From Amphiscolops sp. MND2022 (lineage: Eukaryota): 64,000 nucleotides of DNA. The notes below the pieces were generated by a model. It was not told the origin of the DNA, searched no databases, and saw only the letters and a program-made list of their open reading frames with translations. The translations under genes and the position numbers were made by a program. This document shows positions 10,912 through 25,077 of the stretch, piece after piece; positions within the stretch are counted from its first letter, which is position 1, and each line of letters begins with the position of its first letter. The DNA is taken from contig OZ076409.1 of the NCBI GenBank assembly GCA_964187785.1, positions 85,748,001 to 85,812,000 of the forward strand, given 5' to 3'.

Positions 10912-12140
10912 TCTTGAATCTGCTATCTAGGTCTCTTATTTAAGGTGGTAGAAAGTTTACCAAATGTCTACTACTGCACGGGATAGATGTTCAACACAAA
11001 CTGAACCTGAAACTGTAACTTGAATTCGTCTCAGCAGCTCAAGATCGACCAATCACGTATGCCGCATTTTGGTTGATCAACCAATCACAATAGCCGAAAT
11101 TTGGCAGATTGGAAAAAGATGATGTATGCTGGTGTTTGATGAGCTGGGCGACCAAATATTGACGTAAAAATTACAAAAGTTGTTTTGGCGATTTGTAAAA
11201 AAAAAGACTTTATATTGACTTTGTGAAAAACACTTGTCGGATCATGCGGTCGCAGGGGGGATAAGACACAGGGTTCAAATACCATTGTCGACATCGTTTG
11301 CGTTGAAACTTTGATCAAGAAAACAATTGATGTTGACATAATTGTATACATTACATTGATTGTCAAAATAATAATTTAAAAATAATTTTTGCCTAAATAA
11401 TTCCAAAAAATTCCATCAAAGTATTTTATTGGAACGTGAAAAAAATACAAATAACTTACTTTCTCTCTGATAAAATACAAATAATTTATTTTCAGTGTCA
11501 AATAATTTTACCAATAGAACAGTGTGCATAGGATATTTTTTTGGCATGCCTCGGAGTTAAACAGATGGTCCCGTTTGTCCATGAGCCAAAAATCATTTAC
11601 TGAGTACAATGATTAAACATAGAATTGAAATAGTTAGAGAGATTTTCAGGCAAAAAGTTTCAATCATTTGCCAAGAGAGGGTGGGTTTATATTTTATTTC
11701 CTTAGAATGTTGATTTGTCACACTCATCATTTCTGTTTTTTACTTGATGATACTTCAAATTGATTTCAAAGATAATTTATAAGGGGTATGTTTTTAAATG
11801 ATATATTCAAACTTCTAATGAATATAAGACGATTTCAATTGTTGAGCTGTTTTGATAAATGAACTGGGTTTTAACTTTGAAAACACATTTTATAAAGAAA
11901 TTGACAGTCGCGAGGATCGGTTAAAGGAGATAGGGCAAGAATGTTTTGTGACTTGTAATTTTTAGTCCCAATAAATGAATATAGCATATTCAAAATAAGA
12001 ACAACATCGACTGAAAAAAAGATCACCTTAAAAATAACAAATAGCTATATTCAAAGTTTCGAAAACGAAGTGTTCTTTTGAATAATGTTTGCAAAAGTGC
12101 ATGTATAACCAATTGGTGTTTTTGCAAAGATCGACTAATA

Positions 12141-12205
12141 CCGAGTTTCGAACCCTTGACCTTGCGTTCATAATTCAAGCACTCTACTGTTTAGGCTATA
12201 GTGTC
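12141..12205 (-). pseudogene. tRNA-derived relic / SINE head
   Basis: A-box-like TAGCCTAAACAGTA and B-box GGTTCGAAAC; cloverleaf incomplete. Confidence 0.4.
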
Positions 12206-13459
12206 TGAAATAATGTACAATTTAAGTTTCATTTATTTGCTACGCAACAAATAGGGACATCAAAAAAATTCAATCAATTTCATTTGAATACAGTACAAGA
12301 TTACTTTTTGTAGAGGATAATTGTTAATCGTGTTAATCAAGGCCAATTTTACGAATCAAACACCAGTACTCTTGTAAACTCCAGCTGTTTGCGCCATGAG
12401 AAAATTTGAGCCATCAATAGCCATTATGGCCATAATTGATGTAAACATTTGTAAACATTATGGATTTTCTGTTTCGAACAATTAAAAAATAATAATTTCC
12501 ATTAATTTTTGAACACCTCTGTTACAACCACTTTGTCATTGACGAACCCCCACTTCGTCATTGCGTTGCTTTTTTTTTATCTTACTTTCATTATGGAAAT
12601 AAGATAAAAAAGCAACGCAATGTGATTTGCGCGCTGACAAATTGTCAACGCACAATCACATTGCGTTGCTTATTTTATTTCATTTCCACCATGGAAGTAA
12701 AATAAAAAAAGCAACGCAATGTGATTCTGAGAAAATCCATTCTTTGCCCCCATGGCCAAGCTAGAGTATTTTTTCAATTCTCACCAAGTATGCGTCCCAC
12801 CAACGTATAGTACAAAAGGGGTCTAAGTCCCACCGAGTGCGGATTCGTCAACGGACAAACACTCAGTCACATCGTTTCTTTACAATATCTTTTATTCTCT
12901 TGCCATATACTATAGTTTCATTTGGTGGATTACCAAATAACAAGAGCAAATGAGGTTGATTGATAATGCAGGGTTGTCAAAAAATTCGCACCAATTTAAA
13001 TCGCAATTTAATTCGGGAATTAGTTCGCCGGTTTTTTCATTGATATTTTTTGTCTAAGGCCGCGTGTTGAATTGTACAAATTGTCTCACGAGAAAGTTCA
13101 GAAACGTGAACCTATGCCAAAAAATGCTAAAAAATTGAATATTTTTATGCGTTTTGTTGAAATATTTAACACCCCTCGTTTTGAAAGAAATTGTCGAGAA
13201 ACGGTATTGGAAAAAAATCGGTTTAAATCGCTATTTTTATGAAAAAAAACATTAAAAACGACGTTTTTCTAGAACGAACGTTTTTTTCAACCATGTGATT
13301 ACGTAATAATACTAGTATTCTCGAAAATATGCTCCAAAAAATTCAATAAAAAATTCATTGTAAAAATTTTTGACGCAGTGGGACAATCCTTTAAATTTAC
13401 CAATTACAGCAGGAGATTCATCCACTCGGGTCATCCACCCATGTCAGTCATCCAGGTTT

Positions 13460-14092
13460 TCGGTGGTGAAAGAACCAAGTTGAGAGCTTGGCAAACAAGC
13501 TGTTGGTTTGGATTCAATCAAGAGGGGGCAATCACTAATTTACTTGGTGAATAGAAACAAACAAGATTGCGGTAAAAGTCCCATCAATGCTTAGTAAATT
13601 ACAGTTTCAGGTCCCACCAAGTGTTTTTTCGAAAACGTCCTATTTGTTTTTCAAACATTAACAACAGAAGCGTCACGAAACCCTGCCAGCCCCATGAGGT
13701 GTTTGGTGGTGAATGAACCAAGTTGAGAGCTTGGCATCCAAGCTGGCAATCAAGAGAGAGAGCAATCACTAATTTACTTGGTGAATGAAAACAAACAACT
13801 GCGTTAAAAAGTCCCATCAATGCTTAGTAAATTAGTGTCAAGTCCCACCAAGTGCCTTTTCGAAAACGTCCCATTTGTTTTTCAAACATTAACAACAGAA
13901 GCGTCAAGAAACCCTGCAAGCCCCATGAGGTGTTTGGTGATGAATGAACCAAGTTGAGAGCTTGGCATCCAAGCTGGCAATCAAGAGAGAGAGAGAGAGC
14001 AATCACTAATTTACTTGGTGAATGAAAACAAACAACTGCGTTAAAAAGTCCCATCAATGCTTAGTAAATTAGTGTCAGGTCCCACCAAGTGC
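13460..14092 (+). repeat. Tandem repeat, ~230-bp unit, ~2.7 copies
   Basis: GAACCAAGTTGAGAGCTTGG recurs at ~13472, 13716, 13946. Confidence 0.9.
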
Positions 14093-15412
14093 AACAACCA
14101 ATCAAATTCAAACTTTTATCCATTTTTTTTTCAACGTCATTTCTCATTCCATGAGTTAGTATTGCGTTGTTTTGTCGCCTAAGAAGGACGAAGATTTCCA
14201 AGGCTCACAAAATACAATCATATTCATAAGTTCATAGCAACACAAAAGTATTGATATAGCTACTTCAAACGATACTAGCGTTGCAGATTATACTGTATAG
14301 AGCTGAAAGGATTCCAAGGAAATCTACATTCATCAGCTGGTCAAAGAGCACATAGCAAACCCAGTTCCGAGCTGACATCAACTCTATCATGTTCAACCCC
14401 ACAGCAATGCCAATCAGGTCGTGTATTCGTCCAATGAACTGCTCTCAAATTGTGGACCACCGCACAAAAAAAACGTGCATTTTGCCGACTCAACCACCAA
14501 TCAAACCTCTCCGACACATCCGAGAGCATGGAGGATCAAAAGAAGCAAACCCATTCCTGAGACAACCCCAACAACCCCACTCAATCTAATCTCTTCTCTA
14601 CGGAGTGAAAATACAAAAAGGAACAAAAAAGCAGTAACAGTCAAGTTCTCTTTCATAGAAAGAGCTATACTACCGAATGGACAAGTAATGGAGTCCGTGA
14701 TATGTTTCAATGCACCCAATGAATACTGGAAACCTGGGGCTCTGGACGACGAGCCGTGTTATATATTGAACTGCCGAACAACAAGATAGAATTTCATGTT
14801 ACTATTTATCGTTTATTGTTTACATTTTTCAAAATCAATTGACCTTTTCATCTGATTCTCCGTTTCATATTTTAAAAGCAAGCTATCTTTGAAAGGTAGA
14901 AAGAAGAGTGGCCACAAACAAAAACTGGAAAACGGATGTTCTGCGCTCACATTTTAAAAGAAATTTTGTTCCCGTTTTCTTGATTTCGGAAAAATGATGT
15001 CAGTAATCCGTAATAAGAAACCATTTGAACCAAAATTCGACTCAGTGCTTAACATTTCACAATTACACCGAGTCCACGCAACTATTCCACACTACAGGCG
15101 AAAAATTGGGTCCGATGAAATAGGCATTCCTGAGAAAAAGTGCAAGGTATGAGTTTGTAAAACTGTAATGTAAGCTCACAGTTCGTATAAAAGAAAGGTT
15201 ATCCAATAACGTTTTGTTCGCATAACAAAGGTCCTTTTCGCTTCTCAAAACGTTTTCATGTGAAATCAGGCAACAGTGATACAAAAGGAAGAAACTGCGA
15301 AAATAGCAAAGGTTGTTTACTAACATAGACAAACAAAATAAAGTTTCGAGATGCAAAATATCAAAGGTATTATTTTTGTAGAAAACGGTGTTTTAGTATT
15401 TTTATCAAAGGA

Positions 15413-15487
15413 TCCGCCGATTCTGGGAATCGAACTCGAGACCTTATGGTTCGAGAGCTAGCACTCTTATGATTAAACTATAGCGCC
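15413..15487 (-). pseudogene. tRNA-derived relic / SINE head
   Basis: GGCGCTATAGTTTAATC...GAGTTCGATTCCC; A/B-box spacing is tRNA-like, stems imperfect. Confidence 0.45.
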
Positions 15488-18185
15488 TTAATATCAGTTT
15501 ATTTTAATTCAATCATATTGTGTACACAACAGAGTTCCTTAAATTGAAATCTGTGAAGTCCAGTGTCTTCTGTAGTCAAGTTCGAAAAGTCGTATCTCTT
15601 TCACTATTAAAGCGAGAGCAATCGAGTGGGGACTGTTCAATTCGTTGAACATTCAATTCGTCGAACACGTATTAATTTAGCGAGCATGGTATGACGTAAT
15701 GGAATGGGCTCTTTTTCCTCCCCCCACACTTTTTAAAGGAAACAAACTCAACATAAAGGATTATATATGACTATATCATTCAATATTTCTTCGAACAGGT
15801 CTTTTCCTTTGTTTTGTTGTCTCCACACTATCAGAGTAGTTTTCCGCTTGAACAAAACATTGTTCACACAATTTGACTAATTATGTTCGTATTGAGTGTT
15901 TATCGATGACTCAAAACAGGAAGCTGTTGATTTCTCAATCAAAAATGCGTAACTACATGGGGAAAAAGTGTGAACAAAGTTTGTATCTGAATCCTAAACT
16001 ATCACCCTGAGAATAAATTTAAAACTGAACTGCTTCATTGGAAACGCAATTGAGATATAATTGAAAGCAAAAACATCATCTTGAAAAGGGGTCAATGTCC
16101 CACTAAGTCTGCATTCCTCAAAACACACAATCCTTTAGGAATTTTCACTCAGATTCAATTCTCCATTGTTTTCGTTGAAAAACATTTCTCAGGAACCCTG
16201 ATAACATTGTAATTCTTTTAGAACATATTTCTGAGAAAACGATACAAAGATAACCAGCACCTGAAACCATACCGTATACATTGCCAGAAAAATCAATTGG
16301 CAAACGACGCACTGCGTTATGGCAGAATGTTTTTGGCTGGTGAAAAACTTGTATTTCGAGATGCGAAAATAAAATATCATTCCATCATCCCAAAAATAAA
16401 TAGTTTTAGTTTACATTTACATAATAGCCTCTTACAATGGGACAAAATGAGGACAGTTGCTCAGAGCCAGCAGTTGATACATCAAGACACACCAGGGCCT
16501 TATTAAAAAATGTCCTGAAAATATCCTTTATAATAATATTTTGTATATCATATTTATTTTTCATAATATTGTTACATACCTGGTACCCTTAGTATCTCAC
16601 TGCGCGTGAGCGTCGTATTTTAAATACTCAATGGGTTGGAGAAGCATTGGCAAGGCTTTATCAACCGCATTGTAGACAGACGATTCAACCGTTTTTTTTC
16701 TAAAAGGAACTGTCACTTTCGAACATTTTAGCCTCGGTAGTGTCCTTAAAATGTTCCTAATATTTTTGAATTTCTGAGGCTGGTGTTCTTATAAACGTAT
16801 TTTAAAAACTGGGTGAAGTCGATTCACTGTAGTGTATGTTATAATCAATCGATAACAGTATTTTAAAATAGTTCTTTCAACAAAACACATGTAGAATCAA
16901 ATGAATAATTATGATAAAACGCAAATAGTTGATAAATAATTTCTACTTGTATTTTAAAACGCAATTCTACTACATTTCCATGATACATGCTAATTCATTT
17001 CCACTATATACATAGACTTTTTACCAAATTGACCCTATATATGAATTAATCATAACAAAAACAACATGTTAGAATGACGCAATATGGACAAAACGAGGTC
17101 AATCACCAAGAAATATATCTTTCTTAATAGGACATACAAAAAATAACAGCGACTTCTCCGTCTCATTCCGAGGATGCGGTTCATACCTGATCAAAAACCT
17201 GTTCAAATCATGGTACTTGGTAGAGCATATGGTGGGGATATACAGTAGTGATTCTAGAAGTAACATAGCACGCGAAAGAAAGCAAATAAACAAACCTCAT
17301 TGGCCGATCAAGGTCTCACGCGCTCATTTCATTGGTCGAGAGCAACTTGCAAAACATCAGGTTGAATTTTTGACCCACCTACAATTTTTTGATTTCAAAT
17401 CGTTTCCGACTTTGCTGTTCCTAATTACTTGATTATCTATAGCCGGTTACGTTACCAAAGTAATTCACTTTGAACTATATCACAACCGAACCTCGAATAT
17501 TTACTCGCGAGTAATTTTGAGACAATTGTGGCTAGGACGCTTTTGGTACTGTGGAATTCCAGTTCTTTCTCAGTCTCTTTGAACTCAGTCTGTTTAGTCT
17601 AGTCTGTAACACCTAATCAACTGATGCCTTGCCACAAACTATTTTTGAACTTACAGTGGGTAGTTCCACAAGAGCTTAAAAACCTTGATATTGAGGTAGT
17701 TACAATCACAAAAATATATTGGACCTTCAGAGAAAAAGTCATCAGAGTTTGTTTCTTTGGAATTCAATTCAACCGCTCTCATCCGCTACCCGTGAAAAAG
17801 ACCCCAACCAAATTCAACATACAACTTCACCCACAGTCAAAAAGTTTCAAGGACTTGTACGAAGTGCTGGGCTACCATGCTCTGGACAACAAGGATCCAC
17901 TACTGGAAGAACTGCTGTGCTTTATGTCCAGCATCAAGGAGATTTCTTTCGAAAAACTCTTTGACTAGTCTTTGGACAAATCATTCTTTAACATAAAACT
18001 CTAATTGCACGCACACATTGTTTTTTTGTTTCCATTTGTTTCAGCCTATTCATTTACAAAAAATAGTTGTTCGTGTAATTGTTTCAAATATTTCTTCAGT
18101 TGATTTTCTGTTTTAGTAGAAACTTTTTGAAATAATTGTTATTGATTATTTGAATATTGACATTTAAACATGATTACAAGGTAAT

Positions 18186-18785
18186 GGACCATGTCATCAA
18201 TTCCCCCCCAAACTGTGGCAGGGGGAAAACAAGACACAAGGTTCAAATACCATTATGTCGACATCGTTTGCGTTGAAATGTTTAGAATTAGTAAATATTC
18301 TGCTTCGTGACCAGGGAAAACGCACTAAATAATTAACAGCAAAATAACTGCAATGTTTTTTTCAAAATAATTTTTTCCTTGACGTATATATTATTTTAAA
18401 TTAATTTTCAAGAGTTAGCTATAAAAATAATTGTCAAACTTCTAAACTAATTAATATTAATATTTCTGTGGAGTAATGCGTAAACAGGCGTTGAAAACCG
18501 CATATACAAACCTCATTAATCTGCATTAAAAAATATTTGTTTTCTTATGTTAATAGGTCCCTTCGGAATAGTCAAACTGTTCAAAGTTTGCTGATTCCTG
18601 ATGATAACTAACATTCTGAATATTGCGTTTTGACAAAAATTATTGCATTTAATAATTTTTCAAAACAAAAAATTGTAATAATTTATTCAGCAGGCCAAAA
18701 AATATTAGGTTATTGCTGCGTAAAAGCAATAGTATTGCAATATTTTATTGCCTATCCCTGTTCGTGACAACCTACCACATGGTCC
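18186..18785. mobile_element. Non-autonomous DNA transposon with GG termini (Merlin-like), containing a nested hAT MITE
   Basis: TIR GGACCATGT/ACATGGTCC; perfect 8-bp TSD AAGGTAAT. Confidence 0.7.
18312..18760. mobile_element. hAT MITE
   Basis: CAGGGA...TCCCTG termini; perfect 8-bp TSD TTCGTGAC. Confidence 0.85.
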
Positions 18786-21202
18786 AAGGTAATTTAAGTT
18801 TTGAAATCAAAATATGTTCTTTTCTGTTACTTCCCCCATAGTAAGCGCAAAAATTTTAATTCAATTTTTAAAGAGATGCGGTTACTAGATGTATACCTAC
18901 CTCATGAACCTCGATTACCTATGAAACTGGTCCCTATTCGAACGCAGCAGCAAAACAGCATTTTGTGGTAGTTATAATCAGATCCAGGAAAGAAATTATA
19001 AAGAAACGCAATGTGGTTGAGCATAAAAAGGTGTTATATTGACCCCGAAAAGCACGCATACTTTGATTCTCAAGCTAGCTTGTTGCATAGCTGGAGAATT
19101 GAAGTTCATTGAACGACGGAAAGAACGCAATACGATTGAGCATACGTGCAACGGGTCTCCCAAGTTGCCTTTAATTATTTAATTTACATGTACATGTTGC
19201 TCCTGAAACTATAGCGTACTTGTACAAGGTAATACATTCCTGTGCTAAAAGAATGGAACCACAAATTGGTAATAATATTTGGAACACCTAATTTTTCTGC
19301 CCATATCTTTGAAACTATTGATATTCAAGAAAAATGTCTCAAATAAAAGTTTCTCAAAATCTAACCTAGTTTCTATTTGTTTTTTTTAAACTTCTATGAC
19401 AAATATTGGGGGAAACTAGCTCTCAATAACTCTCTATGTAAAAGTTGGTTTGTCAACCAAGTTTTGAAACTTTTCTGTTTATTCCCTCCCAGTTAAGCGG
19501 TCAAAAGAAATTTTGATTGAATTAATAGTAACAAACAATCCAATTGCAGTATTTTATAACTCTAACTGCAACTGAAACTCATCGCTGATAGTGGTGGGGA
19601 ATTAAAATTTCCGTGCTTACTGTGCGGGGGGGATTAACAAAAAAGATCCAAAGTTTTTAATTTTTGCCAAATTCAACAATTTTGATTAGTTTTTGTTTAT
19701 CTTTCCGGTTATTAGACGAGTGGAAACTAGACAAAAATCCCAGAAACTTTTATTTTTAACATTCTGGAAAATTCGAGTTTTTGAGAAATTTGCAATCTCA
19801 TTTGGTGTTCCCCCCCACAACACGAAAGCACTTTTTGTTCTCTAATAAAACAATTTCACTAATAAAACAATAATATCGATGATCAATAAAAACGGCACGA
19901 ACGAAGCTAAATAGTCGCTCATGCAGGTTGGATGTTGACTTAATCCTTGACCTAAAATGAATATTTTTTTGTATTTATTGAAAATTATTTATCAATAAAC
20001 TATTTATTTTGCACCCCTGGGTACAGTTAATTCTAAAATATCGCAACTCCTTTGCTTAAAATTTCTTAGAATTTTATCTAGTTTACAAAAATGTTTTGGA
20101 ATTTAAAAAGAGTATTTCATTTCAAAAAAGAACTAATTCCGTTTCTATCTTATACAAAAATCTCCCAAAAGCTATTCAAGTGAAAGTTTCTCAATTTTTC
20201 AATAAGAGTTGAGGCGTTGAGGCAACTAGCGTTGGTGGGACATAGACACCTTTTTACTAGGCTTTAGTGGGACATGCATTAGGTGACACATAAAAGGTTC
20301 GCCATATGAATGAGTTAAAGTAAACAAATGATAAAAAATAAAAGCCGAATGGTTAGAGCAATAGATTCGGTGTCTGATGAAGAAGCTGGAAGTATCTATC
20401 GATGTCTCGAATTCTATTTCTGTAGCTTGTTAACCCTAACTGGACCAAGAAAATTCCGGATCCACCCAAAACTCTGGTGCTAAAATATTGAGGCCTTTTT
20501 AAAATGATCTAGAACAAAATACTTTTGCAGTTTTGCGGAAGGTATAATACTCGGTCACTTGGATTTTTACGTAAACTCTAATATGCTACGGCAACTCAAT
20601 TTCAATTCGTTTAATCATATTTTGTATATCACTGTAGTTCAAATGTGATAGTATCACGAATATTCCTCAACTTGAACAAAGCAGATTAGTGGGACATAGA
20701 CCGCCTTTTTACAAAGCCTTGGTGGGATGGCCACTTTTTTTGAAAAAAATAAAGGGCCATTGCTTAAAGAGGTGACCCTTCTAGATTCCAGTATGTAAGA
20801 ATAAGACGCTTTTCGTAAAATACAAGCCGGGTCCGGCCCAAGTCGGCGCCAAAAAAGGCGCACAGTGCCGAAAAAAACCCTAAGGGCGGACACTTTGGTC
20901 ACCCCTCTACTTCTGGAAGCATAAGAAAACTTTGTGGTTTAGTGCCAGAGATCGACAAACCTTTGCAAAACCATGGGACCCGAATAATCGAGTACGCAAT
21001 GACAGCCCTGATAATTCGAGCATTGTTTCGATCAATTTGTTTTGGATATTTCCGTCATTTTCTCCCAAAGCTATTGTCTATCAAGTTGCAACTGTTAAAC
21101 GAACGTAAAAACTTATAGGGTTGTCTTTACAGCTCTTTTGACAATACCAGCAAACAAGGCTACTAAATTTATTGCTATGTACCAAGTTTTATCAGTTAAA
21201 GA

Positions 21203-21630
21203 CAGGGATTGGAAAATATCAATCGCAATTTAATTGATATTCAAAAATGGCACAAAAAATTAATTGCAATTTTTGAAAAACTCCAATTATTTGGCAATTA
21301 ATTTCAACGAAAAACTCATTTAAAATTTCATTCATAACAACACAATCAAAAATGATGTTCTGAACAAGCTTTTTACGAAATTTTCAACAAACTAGCGCCT
21401 GGAATTACGTTAATTTTTGGCAAGTATGCACTCAATTCATTTAGCTATTCAAGCTATGGATGTTTGGCTATACAAATATGCCCGAGAAATAGGCTTAGAG
21501 AATTGCAATGAATTGGTTTTCAATGCCTACTTTCCAATCAATTCTTTGACGTCTTAAAGTTACCCAATAAAAATATTTTCATTGAAAAATTGCAATTTAT
21601 TGTTCATCAATCAAAATTTTCCAACTCCTG
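21203..21630. mobile_element. hAT MITE
   Basis: CAGGGATTGGAAAAT / ATTTTCCAACTCCTG; perfect 8-bp TSD GTTAAAGA. Confidence 0.85.
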
Positions 21631-21655
21631 GTTAAAGATTCTGTTCAAACTCTTT

Positions 21656-22126
21656 TTATACATATGGTTGGAACACTGTAGCAAAACTGATAGACGGAAC
21701 CAGGTCCTTCTCTGACAAAAGTTTTAGAGTTGTTTTTGCATTCTTTGGCAAACGTAAAACTGATTCTACATTTTGTGTTTGACGTTTTTTGGTTGTACAA
21801 CTCGTACCTTTGAAATTTCGGGGTACTCGCTTCAGGTTGACAACGGCATTATCAGCCAAACATCGATGTCGATCAAACTTTCTCAAAGACACAGTTTTTA
21901 AATTTGGCTCACAAAGGGGACAAAATGCTCTTCGTGAACGAAGTGAATAACCAGCATTGTATTCATTCCACAAATTGATGCATCGGTCCGCTAAAGGATG
22001 CCACTTTTTTATATCTGCAAGCTGTTTAGATTGTTGCTCTTTTTTTTCGGGTGTAACTTGCGCTTGCTCTTTCAAGAGAATTCCACAAGATCCCAAGAAC
22101 TCGAGTTTTTTGTTTTCGGGGTTCAT
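21656..22126 (-). CDS. Hypothetical basic protein (~156 aa) with a possible CxxC...HxC zinc-binding motif
   Basis: Longest ORF in the non-retroelement interval; FCPLC-x14-HRC. Confidence 0.4.
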   Translation of the reverse strand: MNPENKKLEFLGSCGILLKEQAQVTPEKKEQQSKQLADIKKWHPLADRCINLWNEYNAGYSLRSRRAFCPLCEPNLKTVSLRKFDRHRCLADNAVVNLKRVPRNFKGTSCTTKKRQTQNVESVLRLPKNAKTTLKLLSEKDLVPSISFATVFQPYV

Positions 22127-22302
22127 TTCCAACTTATGAAATAAGTAATTGGACTTTTTGGAGGGAAAATGAATTTTTTCTCAAACAACCTGAGACTTAC
22201 TGTCCGGTTTTAATCTCGAATACCCAAATAATGATAAACACCAGCTCCCCCAGAGAGATGACAAAAATTCGGAAATAGCGCCTTACTACGGATTTTACGA
22301 GG

Positions 22303-22758
22303 CAGTGATGTCCATTTATTTTAATATAAATGATTTTCTTATAGTTTTAATTACGAAAAAATTATTACGATCATTTTTATTATCATGGCATTAAACATAA
22401 GTGCCAAAAAGAGATAGCATATCCTTTAAGGTACTCATTTTGAGCTGTTTTTTTTTCGTCGAACGAACATTGAAGACGCTTCGAAAAACTGCTGGTGATG
22501 ATAGGATACACAGTAATTTTCTTGCCACTTCACTAAGCCTGGGAAGCTTATTAATTTTCAGCTTGAAAAACTCAAACGCCCTCATGGTATTGTACAAACA
22601 CGCCTCAAATTTGAAGAGAGTACCATATAATTTTATTGACATTCGAATTGACGCATAATTTAAATTCCCAATAATTTAAATTATTGCAGTTATGGCGTTT
22701 TAAATTGAATTACTAATTGAAATTCCATTTGTATTATGAAAAACAATGGACATCACTG
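22303..22758 (-). mobile_element. Internally deleted hAT element retaining the transposase C-terminal dimerization-domain relic
   Basis: 14-bp TIR CAGTGATGTCCATT; TSD TTACGAGG/TTATGAGG; ORF 22391-22642 FFK..LPRLSEVARKLLCI..S....F matches the hAT dimerization motif. Confidence 0.88.
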
Positions 22759-23559
22759 TTATGAGGGGACTTCAATGAAGTCGGAGGTGTCCTTTAGTCT
22801 CGTCTGGTTTTGTATGTTACGTTCAGAAACTCAAAAATGAAAACTGGTTTATTAACGCTTATTAAAACCAAGGATTACTTGCACGAAAGATAGCAAAAAC
22901 TGCAAATGAATACAGACAACAAATGACGTTTGTCAAATGCATATGGAAACATACAGAACCTAAAAGAGACCGGCAGCTTTCATTTATACATTTGTAACTC
23001 CAAGGCCCACCTAGTAAAAAGTGGGTGTCTATGTCCCACCAACTATTGTTTTGTACACGCTCGCTTTTGTATAATTTCTGCATTTAAACAAACTATTTTA
23101 CTTTTTTTAAAAAAATTAAAACGTCAGCTGCACCTACCGACTCGGCGTCACGTGCGCAGGAGTGACATGTATCTTTAGCTGTGGATTCCCAAAGAACTTT
23201 AGAACAAATAAAAACTAAATTAGTTTCAAATAGTTTTCATCCTCAACTTGTTGCTTATCTGAAGAATTGAACGACGGTGGGAAGCAGGAATAACGTCCAA
23301 TTAATAACGCCTAAAGCCAAGTCATGCTCAGTCATGCTCAATCCCAATCTTAATACATTGAATTTAGACGTTATTCCCGGAACAATTTTTTGACGTCATT
23401 CCTTTAGACGTTATTCGCGCCCCTAAACCACGGTAAAGAAACGCAATGTGATGGGCATGCTATTGTGATTAGCGTACATGTAGTTCAAACGAGTAGCGTT
23501 CTATAATCCTTATCACATTGCTGTATTTCTTGTACGTATGGATGTTGAAATCTAATCTC

Positions 23560-23765
23560 GGATCTTTTCTGTTAATCCCCCCACCCACCAATTTTGTCCC
23601 CTCAGTTAGGCTGTCAAGTGAAATTATCATTGAATTAATAGTAACAACCAATCAAATTGCAGTATTTCATAACTCTAACTGCAACTGAAGCTCATCGCTG
23701 ATAGTGATGGGGATATAAAATTTCCGAACTTACTGTGGGGAGAGGGGAATTAACATAAAAGATCC
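23560..23765. mobile_element. Non-autonomous DNA transposon with GG termini (Merlin-like); relatives near 6650-6973, 9810-9849, 19465-19649
   Basis: TIR GGATCTTTT.TGTTAAT.CCCC; perfect 8-bp TSD CTAATCTC. Confidence 0.8.
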
Positions 23766-23964
23766 CTAATCTCAGTCACATAACGATATTTTCTACATAG
23801 TAGATCTATAGATGTCCCACCTTTTATGTCCCACCAAATGCTTGTCCCACCAAGGCATAGTATATACACGTTTATTGCGGGACAATCTGGTATTGTGTAA
23901 AGCACCTTTAATTCGGTAAGTCACAGTTCAGAAAAGTAAAAATGACGTTCTCCACAAAGAATTT

Positions 23965-24790
23965 CAACGCCCAGTTGGTTGAACGTTGTGTTTGTTCCCA
24001 GGATGAGTTTCAGAGCCGTATGCTGTAGTTTGTTGAGAGCCTGCAGATGTTTCCATGCCCTTATTGGGGCTGCGTAAAGCATTTGTGGAAGTGGTAATGT
24101 TTTGTAGAGCTTTATGAGCGTCGCGTGCTTCAGTCCTTAGTTCGAGCCGCAGTATCTTTTTAGCACATTCATCTGTTTTGAATCTTTGCCTTCCATTTCT
24201 TGGAGGTGATCGAAAAAGTTTCCTACAACAGACTTCCAGTTGATTCAGGATGAATTGGCAGTTGAGAGCAAGTTGAGGTTCAGTATCTGCTATCACGAGC
24301 AGGTTTCCATAATCTGCGAATTTGAACTTCTGAGCCCATTGAACATGTCACAGACAAAACAATGAACAGAATAGTGGAAATCACACTTCTTTGCGGTAGT
24401 TCAATCTTTGTACCGAAGCAGTTGGTGTTCTCGTTTCCAATTTTATGCTCAAGTGTCGGTTTTTGAGAATGTCTGCGATCAGTTTCAGGAGTTTATCTTT
24501 GACTCCCGACTGGTGGAGCTTTTTCAGAAGCCCGTTTATCCAGACTGAGTCGAAGGCCTTCTCGAATTCAATGGAGATCACAGCTCCTTTTTGTTTGTTT
24601 TTTGACTTCTTGGCAGCATAATTTCAGTCGGTACAATAACCTGACAGTGATCCGATGTGATTGGAAGTCTTCTTGCTGGGCGTGTATCGCTTTAGTTATT
24701 CTGAAAAGCAGCGTACCAGGTAATCTGGCATCAAGTAATCTTTCAACATTTTTTCTGCAATAGTTAAAGGTGATTCCAGAAATCTTCAAA
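23965..24790 (-). pseudogene. Non-LTR retrotransposon (LINE) reverse transcriptase fragment, frameshifted
   Basis: SIEFEKAFDSVWINGLLKKL..GV...LI...L.NR followed, after a frameshift, by a LPQ.SVIS..LF-type motif. Confidence 0.85.
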
Positions 24791-25077
24791 ACTCCAAAGA
24801 AATTGTTTCGTCTCACAGAAATTAAGAAACTTGTTGGGAACAATGATGAACAACAACAAGAGCTCAACAATGAGTCAAAAAAAGTGGGCCCACGTCAGTG
24901 AACATCAGAAAACAACGAACAAAAAACATCTTAATTTGATTAAGAAAACTGTTTTTCCGTCAACTCCGGTTGAAAGTTCAATCTTAAATCAATGCTGTTA
25001 ACAATCAACAGTTGATTCAACAAAAATTGTTAATAAACCCATTTCATGTTCAATTCGTCCCTTCCTGATTTATTTTC

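Noticed and set aside
13599..14057. Two near-identical 73/77-aa ORFs
   Set aside because: By-products of the ~230-bp tandem repeat, with non-ATG starts.
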